DNA of 64,000 bases. Origin: Mobula birostris. Taxonomy: Eukaryota. The DNA lies in the NCBI RefSeq assembly GCF_030028105.1, contig NC_092382.1:85770198-85834197 (forward strand), read 5' to 3'. The notes beneath the pieces are model-generated. The model searched no databases and had not been told where the DNA came from. It saw only the letters and a list, made by a program, of their open reading frames with translations. The position numbers and the translations under genes were made by a program. Shown in pieces: positions 11,031 through 23,564 of the stretch; position 1 is the stretch's first letter, and every line of letters begins with the position of its first letter.

Positions 11031-12980
11031 CTAATGCGTGGCTGAGGGATTGGAGCAGGGGGCAGGGATTCAAGTTTTTGGATCATTGGAACCTCTTTTG
11101 GCGCAGGCGTGACCTGTACAAAAAGGACGGGTTACACTTGAATCCTAGGGGGACCAATATCCTGGCAGGGAGATTAGCGAGGGTTACTGAGGTGACTTTA
11201 AACTAGAATGGTTGGGGGGTGGGAATCAAATTAAAGAGGCTAGGCGAGAGGAGGTTAGTTCACAACAGGGGGATGGGAACGAGTGCAGAGAGACAGAGGG
11301 GTGTAAAGTGAGGGTAGAAGCAAAACGTACTAAGGAGAAAAGTAAAAGTGGCAGGCCGACAAATCCAGGGCAAGCATTAAAAAGGGCCACTTTTCAACAT
11401 AATTGTATAAGGGCTAAGAGAGTTGTAAAAGAGCGCCTGAAGGCTTTGTGTGTCAATGCAAGGAGCATTCGTAACAAGGTGGATGAATTGAAAGTGCAGA
11501 TTGTTATTAATGATTATGATATAGTTGGGATCACAGAGACATGGCTCCAGGGTGACCAAGGATGGGAGCTCAACATTCAGGGATATTCAATATTCAGGAG
11601 GGATAGACATGAAAGAAAAGGAGGTGGGGTGGCGTTGCTGGTTAAAGAGGAGATTAACGCAATAGAAAGGAAGGACATAAGCCAGGAAGATGTGGAATCA
11701 ATATGGGTAGAGCTGCGTAACACTAAGGGGCAGAAAACGCTGGTGGGAGTTGCGTACAGGCCACCTAACAGTAGTAGTGAGGTCAGAGATGGTATTAAAC
11801 AGGAAATTAGAAATGTGTGCAATAAAGGAACAGCAGTTATAATGGGTGACTTCAATCTACATGTAGATTGGGTGAACCAAATTGGTAAAGGTGCTGAGGG
11901 AGAGGATTTCTTGGAATGTATGCGGGATGGTTTTTTGAACCAACATGTCGAGGAACCAACTAGAGAGCAGGCTATTCTGGACTGGGTTTTGAGCAATGAG
12001 GAAGGGTTAATTAGCAATCTTGTCGTGAGAGGCCCCTTGGGTAAGAGTGACCATAATATGGTGGAATCCTTCATTAAGATGGAGAGTGACATAGTTAATT
12101 CAGAAACAAAGTTTCTGAACTTAAAGAGGGGTAACTTTGAAGGTATGAGACATGAATTAGCTAAGATAGACTGGCAAATGACACTTAAAGGATTGACGGT
12201 GGATATGCAATGGGAAGCATTTAAAGGTTGCATGGATGAACCACAAGAATTGTTCATCCCAGTTTGGCAAAAGAATAAATCAAGGAAGGTAGTGCACCCA
12301 TGGCTGAGAAGAGAAATTAGGGATAGTATCAATTCCAAAGAAGAAGCATACAAATTAGCCAGAAAAAGTGGCTCACCTGAGGACTGGGAGAAATTCAGAG
12401 TTCAGCAGAGGAGGACAAAGGGCTTAATTAGGAAGGGGAAAAAAGATTATGAGAGAAAACTGGCAGGGGAACATAAAAACTGACTGTAAAAGCTTTTATA
12501 GATATGTAAAAAGGAAAAGACTGGTAAAGACAAATGTAGGTCCCCTACAGACAGAAACAGGTGAATTGATTATGGGGAGCAAGGACATGGCAGACCAATT
12601 GGATAATTACTTTGGTTCTGTCTTCACTAAGGAGGACATAAATAATCTTCCAGAAGTAGTAGGGGAGGAACTGAGCGAAATACATGTTAGTAGGGAAGTG
12701 GTGTTAGGTAAATTGAAGGGATTGAAGGCAGATAAATCCCCAGGGCCAGATGGTCTGCATCCCAGGGTGCTTAAGGAAGTAGCCCAAGAAATAGTGGATG
12801 CATTAGTGATAATTTTTCAAAACTCGTTAGATTCTGGACTAGTTCCTGAGGATTGGAGGGTGGCTAATGTAACCCCACTTTTTAAAAAAGGAGGGAGAGA
12901 GAAACCGGGGAATTATAGACCGGTTAGCCTAACGTCGGTGGTGGGGAAACCGCTGGAGTCAGTTATCAAAGATGTGATAA
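11030..12980 (+). mobile_element. CR1 LINE internal segment: ORF1 esterase C-terminus, ORF2 AP endonuclease and linker, truncated at both ends
   Basis: DGLHLNPRGTNILA (ORF1). NARSIRNK, GITETW, YRPP, GDFN and SDH (endonuclease). KSPGPDG and NYRPVSLTS. Frameshift at about 12470. Confidence 0.92.
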
Positions 12981-13096
12981 AGACGGAAATACTTATGTGC
13001 ATTCTCCTGCAGGGGTTTGAGATCCAGTTGTCAAAGGGAAGGCGGGTAAGAACTGCCACCATCTGACAAGTGGACTGCCTTAGTCAGGTTACAGCT

Positions 13097-13103
13097 ATAT
13101 GTG

Positions 13104-13147
<44 letters not shown>
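13097..13147. repeat. (TA)n microsatellite
   Basis: Direct reading of the sequence. Confidence 0.95.
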
Positions 13148-13150
<3 letters not shown>

Positions 13151-15509
13151 TAACCCCAGACATTACTATTGGAAGATGTTATTTGAACTGGTACGCCCAC
13201 CAAGTCTGTTGGTGCAAAACTTAATTACTTAGATAAGAGAGTTCGTTAAATCAAGGTTTTAATTACAGATGGATGCACTGTCCCAGCCTTATCAGTTATT
13301 CCCTTTGCAAGGCCCTGACTAAATTACAGACAGATGATCATTCCTGTGATTATTCCCATCACTTCGCTATCCAGCCCGATTAAAATTAGTTCCCAAAGAT
13401 TCAACTCCTCCTATTTTTCTGGACTCCAAAGCGGCATTGGACTATGTTAACTGTAGTTTGGTTGCAGCCGAGGTTTGAATGGTTTTAGGTCTGGTGAATT
13501 ATTGTTATTTCAGAAAGAAAAGAAGCTTTCAAGATTTCTGATTTACTTCAGATGTCCTTTGATCGATGGACCATTTAAAGAAGATGTGAACTTTTTGATG
13601 TGACTGATGAATGACATTTCCGAAATCTGTTTGGTTTACTGAGCGAATTAACACAGCGAACAGATTATTAACCAGTTTGATTATTTGGGCCTATCCTCTT
13701 TTTTCCATTAACTAAGTTACAGTGTTCATAGTTCATAAGGACTTTTTCTTATATATACATAGTTGGGAGTGCTTAGAAGATAGATAGTTAGTTTTCTCTT
13801 CTAAAAACAGATTTTCATTGGGTGCGTAAGTTAAATGGAAAATGGTGCTGATTTTTCTTCCTTAGAGATTACAAAGACATTCTTCTTTTTGTTTAACTTT
13901 ATGGTTTTGGCATTTTTGGAGATTGTTTCTGCATTCCCCAGCTTATTTTTAAGGATGAAGTATAAACATTTTTTTCCCTCTGCAGGGCTTTCCTATTTTA
14001 GGGCTGTGTGTTTTTTTTCTGTAACTGGGGGAGGAATTAAGGAAAGCTTTTAAAATCACCATTAAAATGGGCAGCTCGCAGAGTGTGTCTCTTTTTTTAC
14101 TTCTATGGGGACGCATTTTGGCTCTTTTTGTCCGAATTTCGGGCTTTTCAGTGTGATGGGAGGACTGGGGTTAGTTTTGAGTTATAAGATTAATTGTAGG
14201 ATTAATTTTAGTTTTCTTTATTGTATTGTTTTCCCATTACGGAGTTCCGGAGCGTGCGTGTTTTGTATATGGTTATACTTATCACCGCCAGTTTTGATTA
14301 GCCTGCGCTGGTATGCGTGTAATTATGTGTTAAATAATTTCTTTATTTCGTGGTAGCTAAACAGATAATCATTATAAGTTAGAACGTATGTGTTTGGAAT
14401 CATCCTATTAAGTGAAAGAAGACTTTTAAAATCATTAATCAATTCCAACCCAATATAATTTTTGTTCAACAAACACATATCAAAACGGGCGATCAAAATA
14501 GGTTTTTTTAAAATGTGGAAGGGCCTTCAATTTCACGCTACTTGGCAAAATAAAACAAAGGGAGTATATAATCTTATTAAATCTAATATTTTATTTATCC
14601 AAGAAGTCATTGTGTCAGATATTAATGGTAGACTTTTAATTGTTAAAGGAACAATTTGTAATAGAAAAATTGTCCTGGTTAATCTGTGTGGACATAATGT
14701 AGATGATCCTCCTTGTTTTTAAAAATGTATTTACTTTATTGCCGGATTTAAATGAATATAGGTTGTTAATGTTTGGTGATTTCAACTGTTGTTTAAGTCC
14801 TTTGATTGACAAGAGTTCAACCAATCAGTGGCTTCCGAGTTGTTCTGCATCACTTATTAACTCCTTTTTAATTGATTATTGCCTGGTTGAGGTTTGGAGA
14901 CATTGCATCCAAATGATAGAGATTATTCTTTTTTTTTTCACATGTTCATATAAAAAAAAATTGAGATTCGATTACTTTATAACTGATCTCCGATTTCTGT
15001 CCAAAGTCCAGAAATGTGAATATGATGCTATCATTTTCTCGGATAATGCGCCTTTAAACTTAGCTTTTGAATTGAATTATGTCGTTATAGCATATTTGCC
15101 TTGGCGTTTTCCAGAAAATTGATTACAAAGTTTGGACTTCGTCAAATTTATTGAGACTCAGGTAATTTTTTTTTCTTTTTAATAATATGGGAGATGTGTC
15201 AAAATTGATTATATGGGATATATTTAAAGCATACAGTGTTTTGCGTGTTCAGATATCTCCTATTTAGCTAAGCTTAAGAAACGGACAAAAACAGAGTTAG
15301 ATAAGATTTCAAAACAAATTAAAGACTTGCGGAATAATTATGCAATCTCTCCTAACAGTGATTTATTCAAACAAAGGGTTGAACTACCATCACAATATAA
15401 TTTATGATCAACTTATTCTAATGACAGAAATTTGCTTACATTGAAAAGTCAATTTTATGTGTTTGGAGATAAAAATAATAGGCTTTCTTTTTAAATCTTT
15501 CTATTGGAC

Positions 15510-15873
15510 AGAATGCAACTTGGACAGAAATTTTCAAGTTCTGTCCAAGTTGCATGCCATCTTGGACAATGTCTCCCATCCACTACATAATGTACTGGGT
15601 GGGCACAGGAGTACATTCAGCCAGAGACTCATTCCACCGAGATGCAGCACAGAGCGTCATAGGAAGTCATTCCTGCCTGTGGCCATCAAACCTTACAACT
15701 CCTTCCTTGGAGGGTCAGACACCCTGAGCCAGTAGGCTGGTCCTGGACTTATTTCCTGGCATAATTTACATATTACTATTTAACTATTTATGGTTTTATT
15801 ACTATTTATTATTTATGGTGCAACTGTAACGAAAAGCAATTTCCTCCGGGATCAATAAAGTATGACTATGACT
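15510..15873 (+). mobile_element. Rex1-like LINE 3' end nested in the L1
   Basis: ILDNVSHPLH...TERHRKSFLPVAI, with AATAAA and an (ATGACT)n tail. Confidence 0.75.
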
Positions 15874-15874
15874 A

Positions 15875-16910
15875 CCAAGTTCATAAACATAATAACAACA
15901 GTGATATGAAGAGATTGGAATTACCTTATTGTTAATAAACATATACAAAGTACTACAAATAGTACATGTGTAATAGACTTCCAAACTCTCAATATAGTTA
16001 ATCATGAAGAAAAAAATAAATAAAAAGAAAGGGATGTTGCAAAGAAGAACCCCAAAAATCAAAAGAGAGCTAAAAAATAGAACTAATTGCTAAACCCCCC
16101 AGAAAAGCAAACAGAACAAAACCAATATATTAGATTAGATCGAATACATTCATTAATGTCGTCAGCTCAGCTCCTCTATTCACATATTCTAAGTTAGTAA
16201 AAAGGATTCGGAAAAGGTCAAACTACATCATATGAAAATGTTGAATAAATAGCTTACAAGTCTCTTCAAATTTAACCGAAGGATCAAAAATTACACTTCT
16301 GATTTTTTCTAAATTGAAACATGATATAGTTTGGGAAAACCATTGAAATGTAGTCGGGGGGTTGGTCTCTTTCCAATTCAATAAAACGGACCTTCTGGCC
16401 ATTAATGTAACAAAGGCAACCATCTGACAGGCTGAAGAGGATAAAGGTCTATGTTCCATCATTGGCCAACAAAAAATTGCTGTAATAGGATGGGGTTGTA
16501 AATAAAAATGCAAAACTTTTGAAATAATATCAAAAATAGCTTTCCAGAATTTTTCCAAGAGAGGGCAGGACCATAACATATGATTCAAAGAAGCCACCTC
16601 AAAGTGACATCTGTCACAAATAGGATTTATATGGGAGTAAAAACGAGCTAGATTAACTTTAGATATGTGGGCCCTATGCACTGCCTTAAATTGTATCATA
16701 ATATAGTTAGCCCATATAGAGGAAGATATATAGGTAAGTGAAGTTGAAGTTCCCTTTCCCATTCATTTTTAAATTTATCAGATCTACCTGGCTGTATTTT
16801 CATAATTATGTCATAAATAGTTGCTATTAATCCCTTCTGATAAGGATTTAAACCAAAAATGTTGTCGGTGATATCAGTAGAGTGTGAAATCGGAAAGGTA
16901 GGCATCATTG
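15875..16910 (-). mobile_element. Second L1 3' fragment inserted antisense in the first L1
   Basis: IQFKAVHRAH...CDRC...HMLWSCP...LEKIR, followed by a T-rich 3' UTR. Confidence 0.85.
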
Positions 16911-18249
16911 CTAATAATAGTCATAATGAGATGCTAATAATCAGCTGTTAGCATCTCAGATAAAAGCAGCTACAGCCAAAAGACACACTTTAAAAATTCA
17001 GAAGAGAGATGGTAGTTTATCATGTAATTATGAAGACATTAATACAAATTTTCAAGACTTTTACATTGACGTTTATAAATCTCAGTTTTCAGTTGATCCT
17101 TCTAAAATGAATGCCTGTTTACAAAAGATCAATTTTTCTCAAATTTCTGTTGATGATCAACAAACTCTTGATGCTCCTATCACTGAAAATGAAATTCAGA
17201 AAGCTTTTTTTCCAGTGCAATCTGGTAAAGCTCCTGGACTGGATGGTTATTCTGTAGGATATTATATAAAAGAATGAAAAATTGCTTTCTCCATATTTGT
17301 TGGAAATGCTTAAAGCTTCTTTTTTGATAGGAGAGTTACCTCCCACATTTTATGAAGCTTCTATTTCTTTAATTCTTAAGAAAGATAAAGACCCTACACA
17401 CTGTGCTTCATATAGACCTATTTCATTATTAAATAAGGATGCTACAGTTCTTTCAAAAATAATGGCTAATAGGCTGGAGAATATACCAGCTAAAATGATC
17501 TCTTAGGACCAAACAGGTTTTGTAAAGGGCCGTTATTCCTTTCTCGGACACTCGGAGACTGTTAAATGTTATATATTCATCCTTTTCTAAGACTCCCCAA
17601 ATGCATTGTCTCTCTCGATGCTGAAAAGGCATTTGACAGAGTTGAATGGAAAACTTATTTAACGTTTTGGAGAAATACAGCTTTGGTATTAATTTTAATA
17701 AGTGGATTAGAATGATATCTGAAAGCTTTATTGCTACACTTATTACCAATAATTGCAGATCTCCTTTTTCTCGGCTTTCGCAGGGTACGAGGCAAGGATG
17801 TCCACTAAGTCCCCTGTTATTTAATTTGGTGCTGGAACCCTTGGCTATTGCACTTTGTGAAGCTAAAGATATCCATGGGATTTTCATAAATAGGACTATT
17901 CATAAGATCTCCCTTTATGCTGACAATCTCTTAGTTTATATGTCAAATCCTGAAGAATACATTCCTAGTTTATTGAAACTATTAAACGAATTTGGAAAGT
18001 TTTCGAGATATAAATTAAACCTTTATAAAAGTGAATTATTTCCTCTAAATGATTCTGCTTCTATATATGATGACACTCCTTTTAAAGTTTGTAGATGGAA
18101 TCCACTTACACTTTTGTTAGCCAGCCGAATTCATGCAGTTAAAATGATGATTTTACGAAAATTTTTATATGTATTTCAAAATATCCCTTTTTTTAACTAA
18201 GAAGCTTTTTGATCAGGTTAACTCTATTATTTCATCTTTTGTTTGGAAT

Positions 18250-19222
18250 TGTCATAAGGTGGTGGCTGGGAACGGACCCAAGTGCAAGACACAGACACTG
18301 AAGTACTAGGGACAGGACTAGGATACAGGGCAAGGGCTAGGACATTGACACAAAAACCAGGAACCCAGAACAGGACTGGACAAGAGAGCTAGGAGCCCGG
18401 GCTTGGACTCCGAGCCAGATACTGGAGAAGGATCCAGAACCTGGGTCTTGCCTCTGGCTCAGACCCCACAAGTAGGCAAGGACGTGACTTGGCTGGCAGG
18501 CAGGACGAGGCTGGAGTCTTCAGGCTTGAGGTGAGGCGAGGCTGGAGACTTGAGGCGAGGCTGGAGGCTGGAGACTTGAGGTGAGGCTGGAGGCTGGAGA
18601 CTTGAGGCGAGGCTGGAGGCTGGAGACTTGAGGTGAGGCTCAAGGCTTGGGGTCTTGAAGCTCCTCCTGGGCAGGGCGTGGATCACCACCCAACAGAGGC
18701 AAGGGATAGGAAGGGACAGAACCAACTGTAGGGTAATGGCAATATGGCCTGGCTTACCCGACGGAGGCAAGGGATAGGAAAGGATAGATCCAACCATAGG
18801 GTAATGACAATACAGCCTGGCTTACCCAACGGAGGCTAGGGACAGGAAGGGACAGAGCCAACCGCAGGGTAATGGCAAGACGGCCTTACTTACCCAGCAG
18901 AGGCAAGGGACAGGAAGGGAGCTAGGTACAGGGTGGCTCCAAGACTACAGGCGAGGCGAGGCGAGAGTTACCGGCAAGGCAAGGCAGGGCTTCAGGCGTG
19001 AAAACAGAAGGCAGGGGAAAGGGTACAAGGAGTAAGGACAAGAATATCTGGCAGCCATGCCCTGGTCTCTGGAGGTATTAATGTAGCCAGCCCCAACGAG
19101 AAATAGCTGCCTCAATTAGTGCTCAACAGGAACAGAAACAGGGTAGACAGGAAAACCTGGAGCAAGGGTTGATGGACCGGACCATTAACCGGAATGCAGA
19201 CTTCACGGTCCAGACCATGACA
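18250..19222 (-). mobile_element. Solo LTR (same family as 32039, 38901 and 43295) inserted in L1 ORF2
   Basis: TGTCAT...ATGACA termini. Flanks ggaat/ggaaa (5-bp TSD with 1 mismatch). Internal ~26-bp tandem repeat at about 18508-18640. Confidence 0.8.
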
Positions 19223-21576
19223 GGAAAAATAAAAGACTAAGAATTGATATATATCATTTACAAAAATTAAAAGAGGATGGAGGTCTTGCTCTGCCTAATT
19301 TAAGAATGTATTATTGGGCTGTTAATTTGGAATTGAAAGCTGTGAAACAGTTTCATTTAACCTCATTATTAGGACCTTCTATACCTGTACAACTGGCCAA
19401 AATTGCTGAATTAAATTTATATCCTGTGATTAAGCAGTCATTATGAATTTGGTTCCAGTTTCGTAATTTTTTTTGATCTCAAAAAATTTAAACTTTTTAG
19501 TTTATTGAAATTATTTATTTAAACCTTCATTAAGAGATCCTACCTTTCTTCTTTGGAGGAATAAAGGAGTTTATTGCTTCATTCATCTGTTCCAAGATGG
19601 CCGATTGATGTCTTTTGAGAGTTTAGCAACTAAATACTCTCTCTTGTATTCACATTTCCTGCAATATCTTTAGGTCTGTCTCTTTTACAAGAATATTTAA
19701 GTAATTTTCCATATATACAGGATTCTGTCCTGTTATATTTTATTTCAAAAATGAGCCCTTTTGTGAAAGGTTTTATTGGGAAAATTTATAATTTATTGTT
19801 ACAACAGCATAATTACCCTTCACTTTAGATTAAGCAAGATTGGAAGACAGAGCTTAACATGACCTTGATAACAGAGGATTGATTGCGGATTTTGAAGTTG
19901 GTTAACTCTTCTTCGATCTGTGCCAGTCACTCTTTAATTCAATTTAAAATTGTACATCATTACTATTTGACAAAGGAGAGACTGTCAAAAATGTTTCCGA
20001 ATGTTGATAGTCAGTGTGATAGATGTAAAACTGAGACAGCTATATTGACACACATGTCTTGGTCGTGTTCTATATTGAAACATTTTTGGAAATCTTTTTT
20101 CTCGACAATTTCTAAAGTTTTAAAAATTAATTTATAACCTCATAAATTGACAGTTTTGTTTGGTAAAATCCCTCAATGTATTCAGGGTATTTCTCTATCG
20201 GACCAACATGTGACATGATTGGCCAGAAGGGCTATTTTGTTGAAATGGAAAGATGCTTCTGCTCCTACTTTGATAAAATGGTTCTCTCAGGTGATGCTAT
20301 GTCTTAGTTTGGAGAAAATCAGAAGTCAAACTTTTGATCCTCGATCTTTAATAATAATTTTGTTGATCTTTAATAATAATTAATAAAAAAGATTTTAAAA
20401 ATGAAAATCAGTTATTCCCTTTGCAAGGCCCTGACTTAATTACAGGCAGATGTTCATTCCTGTCCTTATCAGCGAGTAGTCCTCTCTGTACTCAAACGAG
20501 GGTACAATGTACAATGTTATCAGCTCTCAGTCTGTCTCTCTGCAAGCCGCAGAGAAATGCTAATGAGCCTGTCTTAGCTAACCGCTGAAGACAGAGTTTA
20601 CTTCAGTTCAAACATTCCTATTCAGTCCCAATTATTCTTTTAACCAGAGGTTACATAGGTTCAAAATGATTTTTTATATATATCCTCAATTTCTCAGGAG
20701 GGTTCAGGAGAAATATTTATGTCCAATATAGAAACTGGTGTTACCTGTGTGTATTGTGGCGATGCAGAAGTTGCTGGAGAATTTGCAAGTGGGAAGAAGT
20801 GGAGTGACATTTGGAAATCTGACTTATAGAAGCGCAATTTAGCAAGCAAAGTACATGTGGAAAATGTGCAAAAGCTCTGGTGAGAAAATCCTTCATTACC
20901 CGTTACAGGCCTGCTACATAGGTTGTGTGAGAGCGCAGATGAACTCGATCGATCCCAGAGAAGATCAAAGTTCTTATCGACAGCTGTTAAAATTAATCTC
21001 TCTATATAAAATTCACTGTGCACATGTTATCGCTGGGTATAAAAATGCACAGTACAAGATTTAGGTGCACACTGGTCATTACAAATTAGAGAGGTCAATG
21101 GTGGGAAGGTGGGGAGACCTCCAGTGTCCCTGATGCCCTCACAAGCAGGATGTGCATCCAGCTGCAGCTTGTAACCCTGCACTTTAAGGAGTTGCAACAT
21201 GAAATGGATGAATTCCGGATCATCCAGGAGTTGGAGGGGGTGATAGATATGACATGAAGAGAGGTGAGTTACACCTAAGGTGCAGGTCACTGGAAACTGG
21301 GTGAGAGTCAGGAAGGGGAAAGAGTTTAAATAGCCATCACAGAGCACCCTTGTTGCTATCCCGCACAACAGCAGGTGGACCACTTAGGAAACTGTTGGGG
21401 GGATTACCTGGCAGAGGAAAGTCAAAGGGATGAGAGGGGATTTGTTCGTTAGGGGAACAGAACAAAAGGGGAATAATATCCTAGTGGTAAGGATTGCTAG
21501 TGCTAGTGTGGGGGGAAGGGTGATGTGGTTAAAATAAGTTGAAGTGGGAATGGCAGAACAGTTAGTGGAGAGGGTG

Positions 21577-23563
21577 AATTGAATTGACTTTATTACATAC
21601 ATCCTTCACATGCACAAGGAGTAGAAATCTTTATGTTACGTCTCCGTCTAAATGTGCATTATGTAATTTATACTACAAACCCCATTTCCAGAAAAGTTGG
21701 AATATTTTCCAAAATACAATAGAATCAAAAATCTGTGATATGTTAATTCATGTGAGCCTTTATTTAACTGACAAAAGTATAAAGAAAAGATTTTCAATAG
21801 TTTTACTGACCAACTTAATTGTATTTTGTAAACATACACAAATTTAGAATTTGATGGCTGCAACACACTCAACAAAAGTTGGGACAGAGGCATGTTTACC
21901 ATTGTGTTACATCACCTTTCCTTTTAATAACACTTTTTAATCGTTTTAGAAATGAGGATACTAATTGTAGTAGATTTGCAATTGGAAATTTTGTCCATTC
22001 TTGCTTGATATAAGACTTCAGCTGCTCAGCAGTCCGTGGTCTCTGTTGTCTGATTCTCCTCTTCATCATGTGCCATACATTTTCAATAGGAGATAGATCT
22101 GGACTGGCAGCAGGCCAGTCAAGCACACGCACTCTGTGTCTACAAAGCCACGCTGTTGTAGCCCGTGCAGAATGTGGTCTGGCATTGTCCTGCTGAAATA
22201 AGCATGGATGTCCCGGGAAGAGACGTCGCCTTGATGGCAACATATGTCTCTCTAAAATCCTAATATACGCCTCAGAGTCAATGGTACCTTCACATACATG
22301 CAACTCACCCATGCCGTGGGCACTGATGCACCCCCATACCATCACAGATGCTGGCTTTTGCACCTTTTGTTGATAACAATCCCAATGGTCATTTTCACCT
22401 TTGGCACGGAGAACTCGAAGCCCGTTTTTTTCTGAAAACTAGCTGAAATGTGGACTCATCTGACCACAGCAGACTGTTCCACAGTCTTTCGGTCCATCTG
22501 AGATGAGCTCGGGCCCAGAGAACTCGCCGGCGTTTCTGCATAGAGTTGATGTATGGCTTCCTCCTTGCGTAATACAGTTTCAAGTTGCATTTCTGGATGC
22601 AGCGACGGACTGTGTTGAGTGACAATGGTTTTCCGAAGTACTCCCGAGCCCAGGTGGCTATAATTGTCACAGTAGCATGACTTTTCTGTGCACTTTTCAA
22701 TCTTATTTTAACTCTGTCCCAACTTTTGTTGAGTGTGTTGCAGCCATCAAATTCTAAATTTGTGTATATTTACAAAATACAATTAAGTTGATCAGTAAAA
22801 CTATTGAAAATCTTTTCTTTGTACTTTTGTCAGTTAAATAAAGGTTCACATAAATTAACATATCACAGATTTTTGTTTTTATTGCATTTTGGAAAATATC
22901 CCAACTTTTCTGGAAATGGGGTTTGTAATTTATAATAAATTGTTTGTACATAGGACAGTCAATATGACATAGAAATGCAATTGTATCAGCATGGATTAAT
23001 CAGTCTGATGGCCTGGTAGAAGATGATGTCCCAGAGCCTGTTGGTCTTTTTGCTGTGGTACCGTTTCCTGGATGGTAGCAGCAGGAACAGTTCGTGGTTG
23101 TGGTGAATTGGGTCCCCAATAACCTTCGGGCCCTTTTAACACACCTGTCTCTAAAAATGCCCTGAATAGTGGGAAGTTCAACAAATGCGCTGGGCTATCT
23201 GCACCACTCTCTGCCAGGTCCTGCGATTAAGAGAAGTACAGTTCCCATAAAAGGCAGTGATGCAGCCAGTCAGGATGCTGTCAATTGTGTTCCTGTAGAA
23301 AGTCCTTAGGATTTGGGGCACCATCCCAAACTTCAACTGTCTGAGGTGAAAGAGGTGCTGTTGTGTTTCTTTCACAACTCAACTGGTATGTACAGACCAT
23401 GTGATATCCTTGTTGATGTTTATGCCGAGGAACTTAAAGCTGTTCATACTCTCAACCCCAGATCCAGCGATGTCAATAGGAGTTAGCCTGTCTCCATTCC
23501 TCCGTCCACAATCAGCTCCTTTGTTTTTGTGACAATGAGGGAGACGTTGTTTTCTTGACACCA
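21577..23563 (-). mobile_element. Rex1-like LINE fragment (orthologue of 2330-3043 and 56705-57415), split by Tc1
   Basis: Same peptides (TIDSILTGCITAFYGNC) and the same tail. Confidence 0.8.
21676..22925 (-). mobile_element. Tc1-family DD34E transposon, IR/DR type, internally deleted
   Basis: TA TSD. ~210-bp TIRs (CAAACCCCATTTCCAG...) with inner and outer AAAAGTTGG repeats. WSDES, QQDNARPH and SPDLSPIE with 34 residues between D and E. N-terminus missing, frameshift at about 22400. Confidence 0.93.
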
Positions 23564-23564
23564 G

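Larger units (their letters stand above)
13348..20406 (+). mobile_element. Fragmented L1-clade LINE (ORF1 C-terminus, ORF2 EN/RT/Zn-knuckle, A-rich tail) with nested insertions
   Basis: LRYPARLKL (13362). EN GDFN...RFDYF...SDNAP. RT YRPISLLN, GTRQGCPLSPLLF and YADN. C-terminal CDRC...HMSWSC. Tail taataaaaaa at about 20380. Confidence 0.88.

Noticed and set aside
11577-12353. 258-aa minus-strand ORF
   Set aside because: Antisense shadow of CR1 ORF2.
13020-13050. Possible tRNA primer-binding site (minus-strand TGGTGGCAG)
   Set aside because: Only about 9 nt of match and no clear adjacent LTR terminus, too weak to call.
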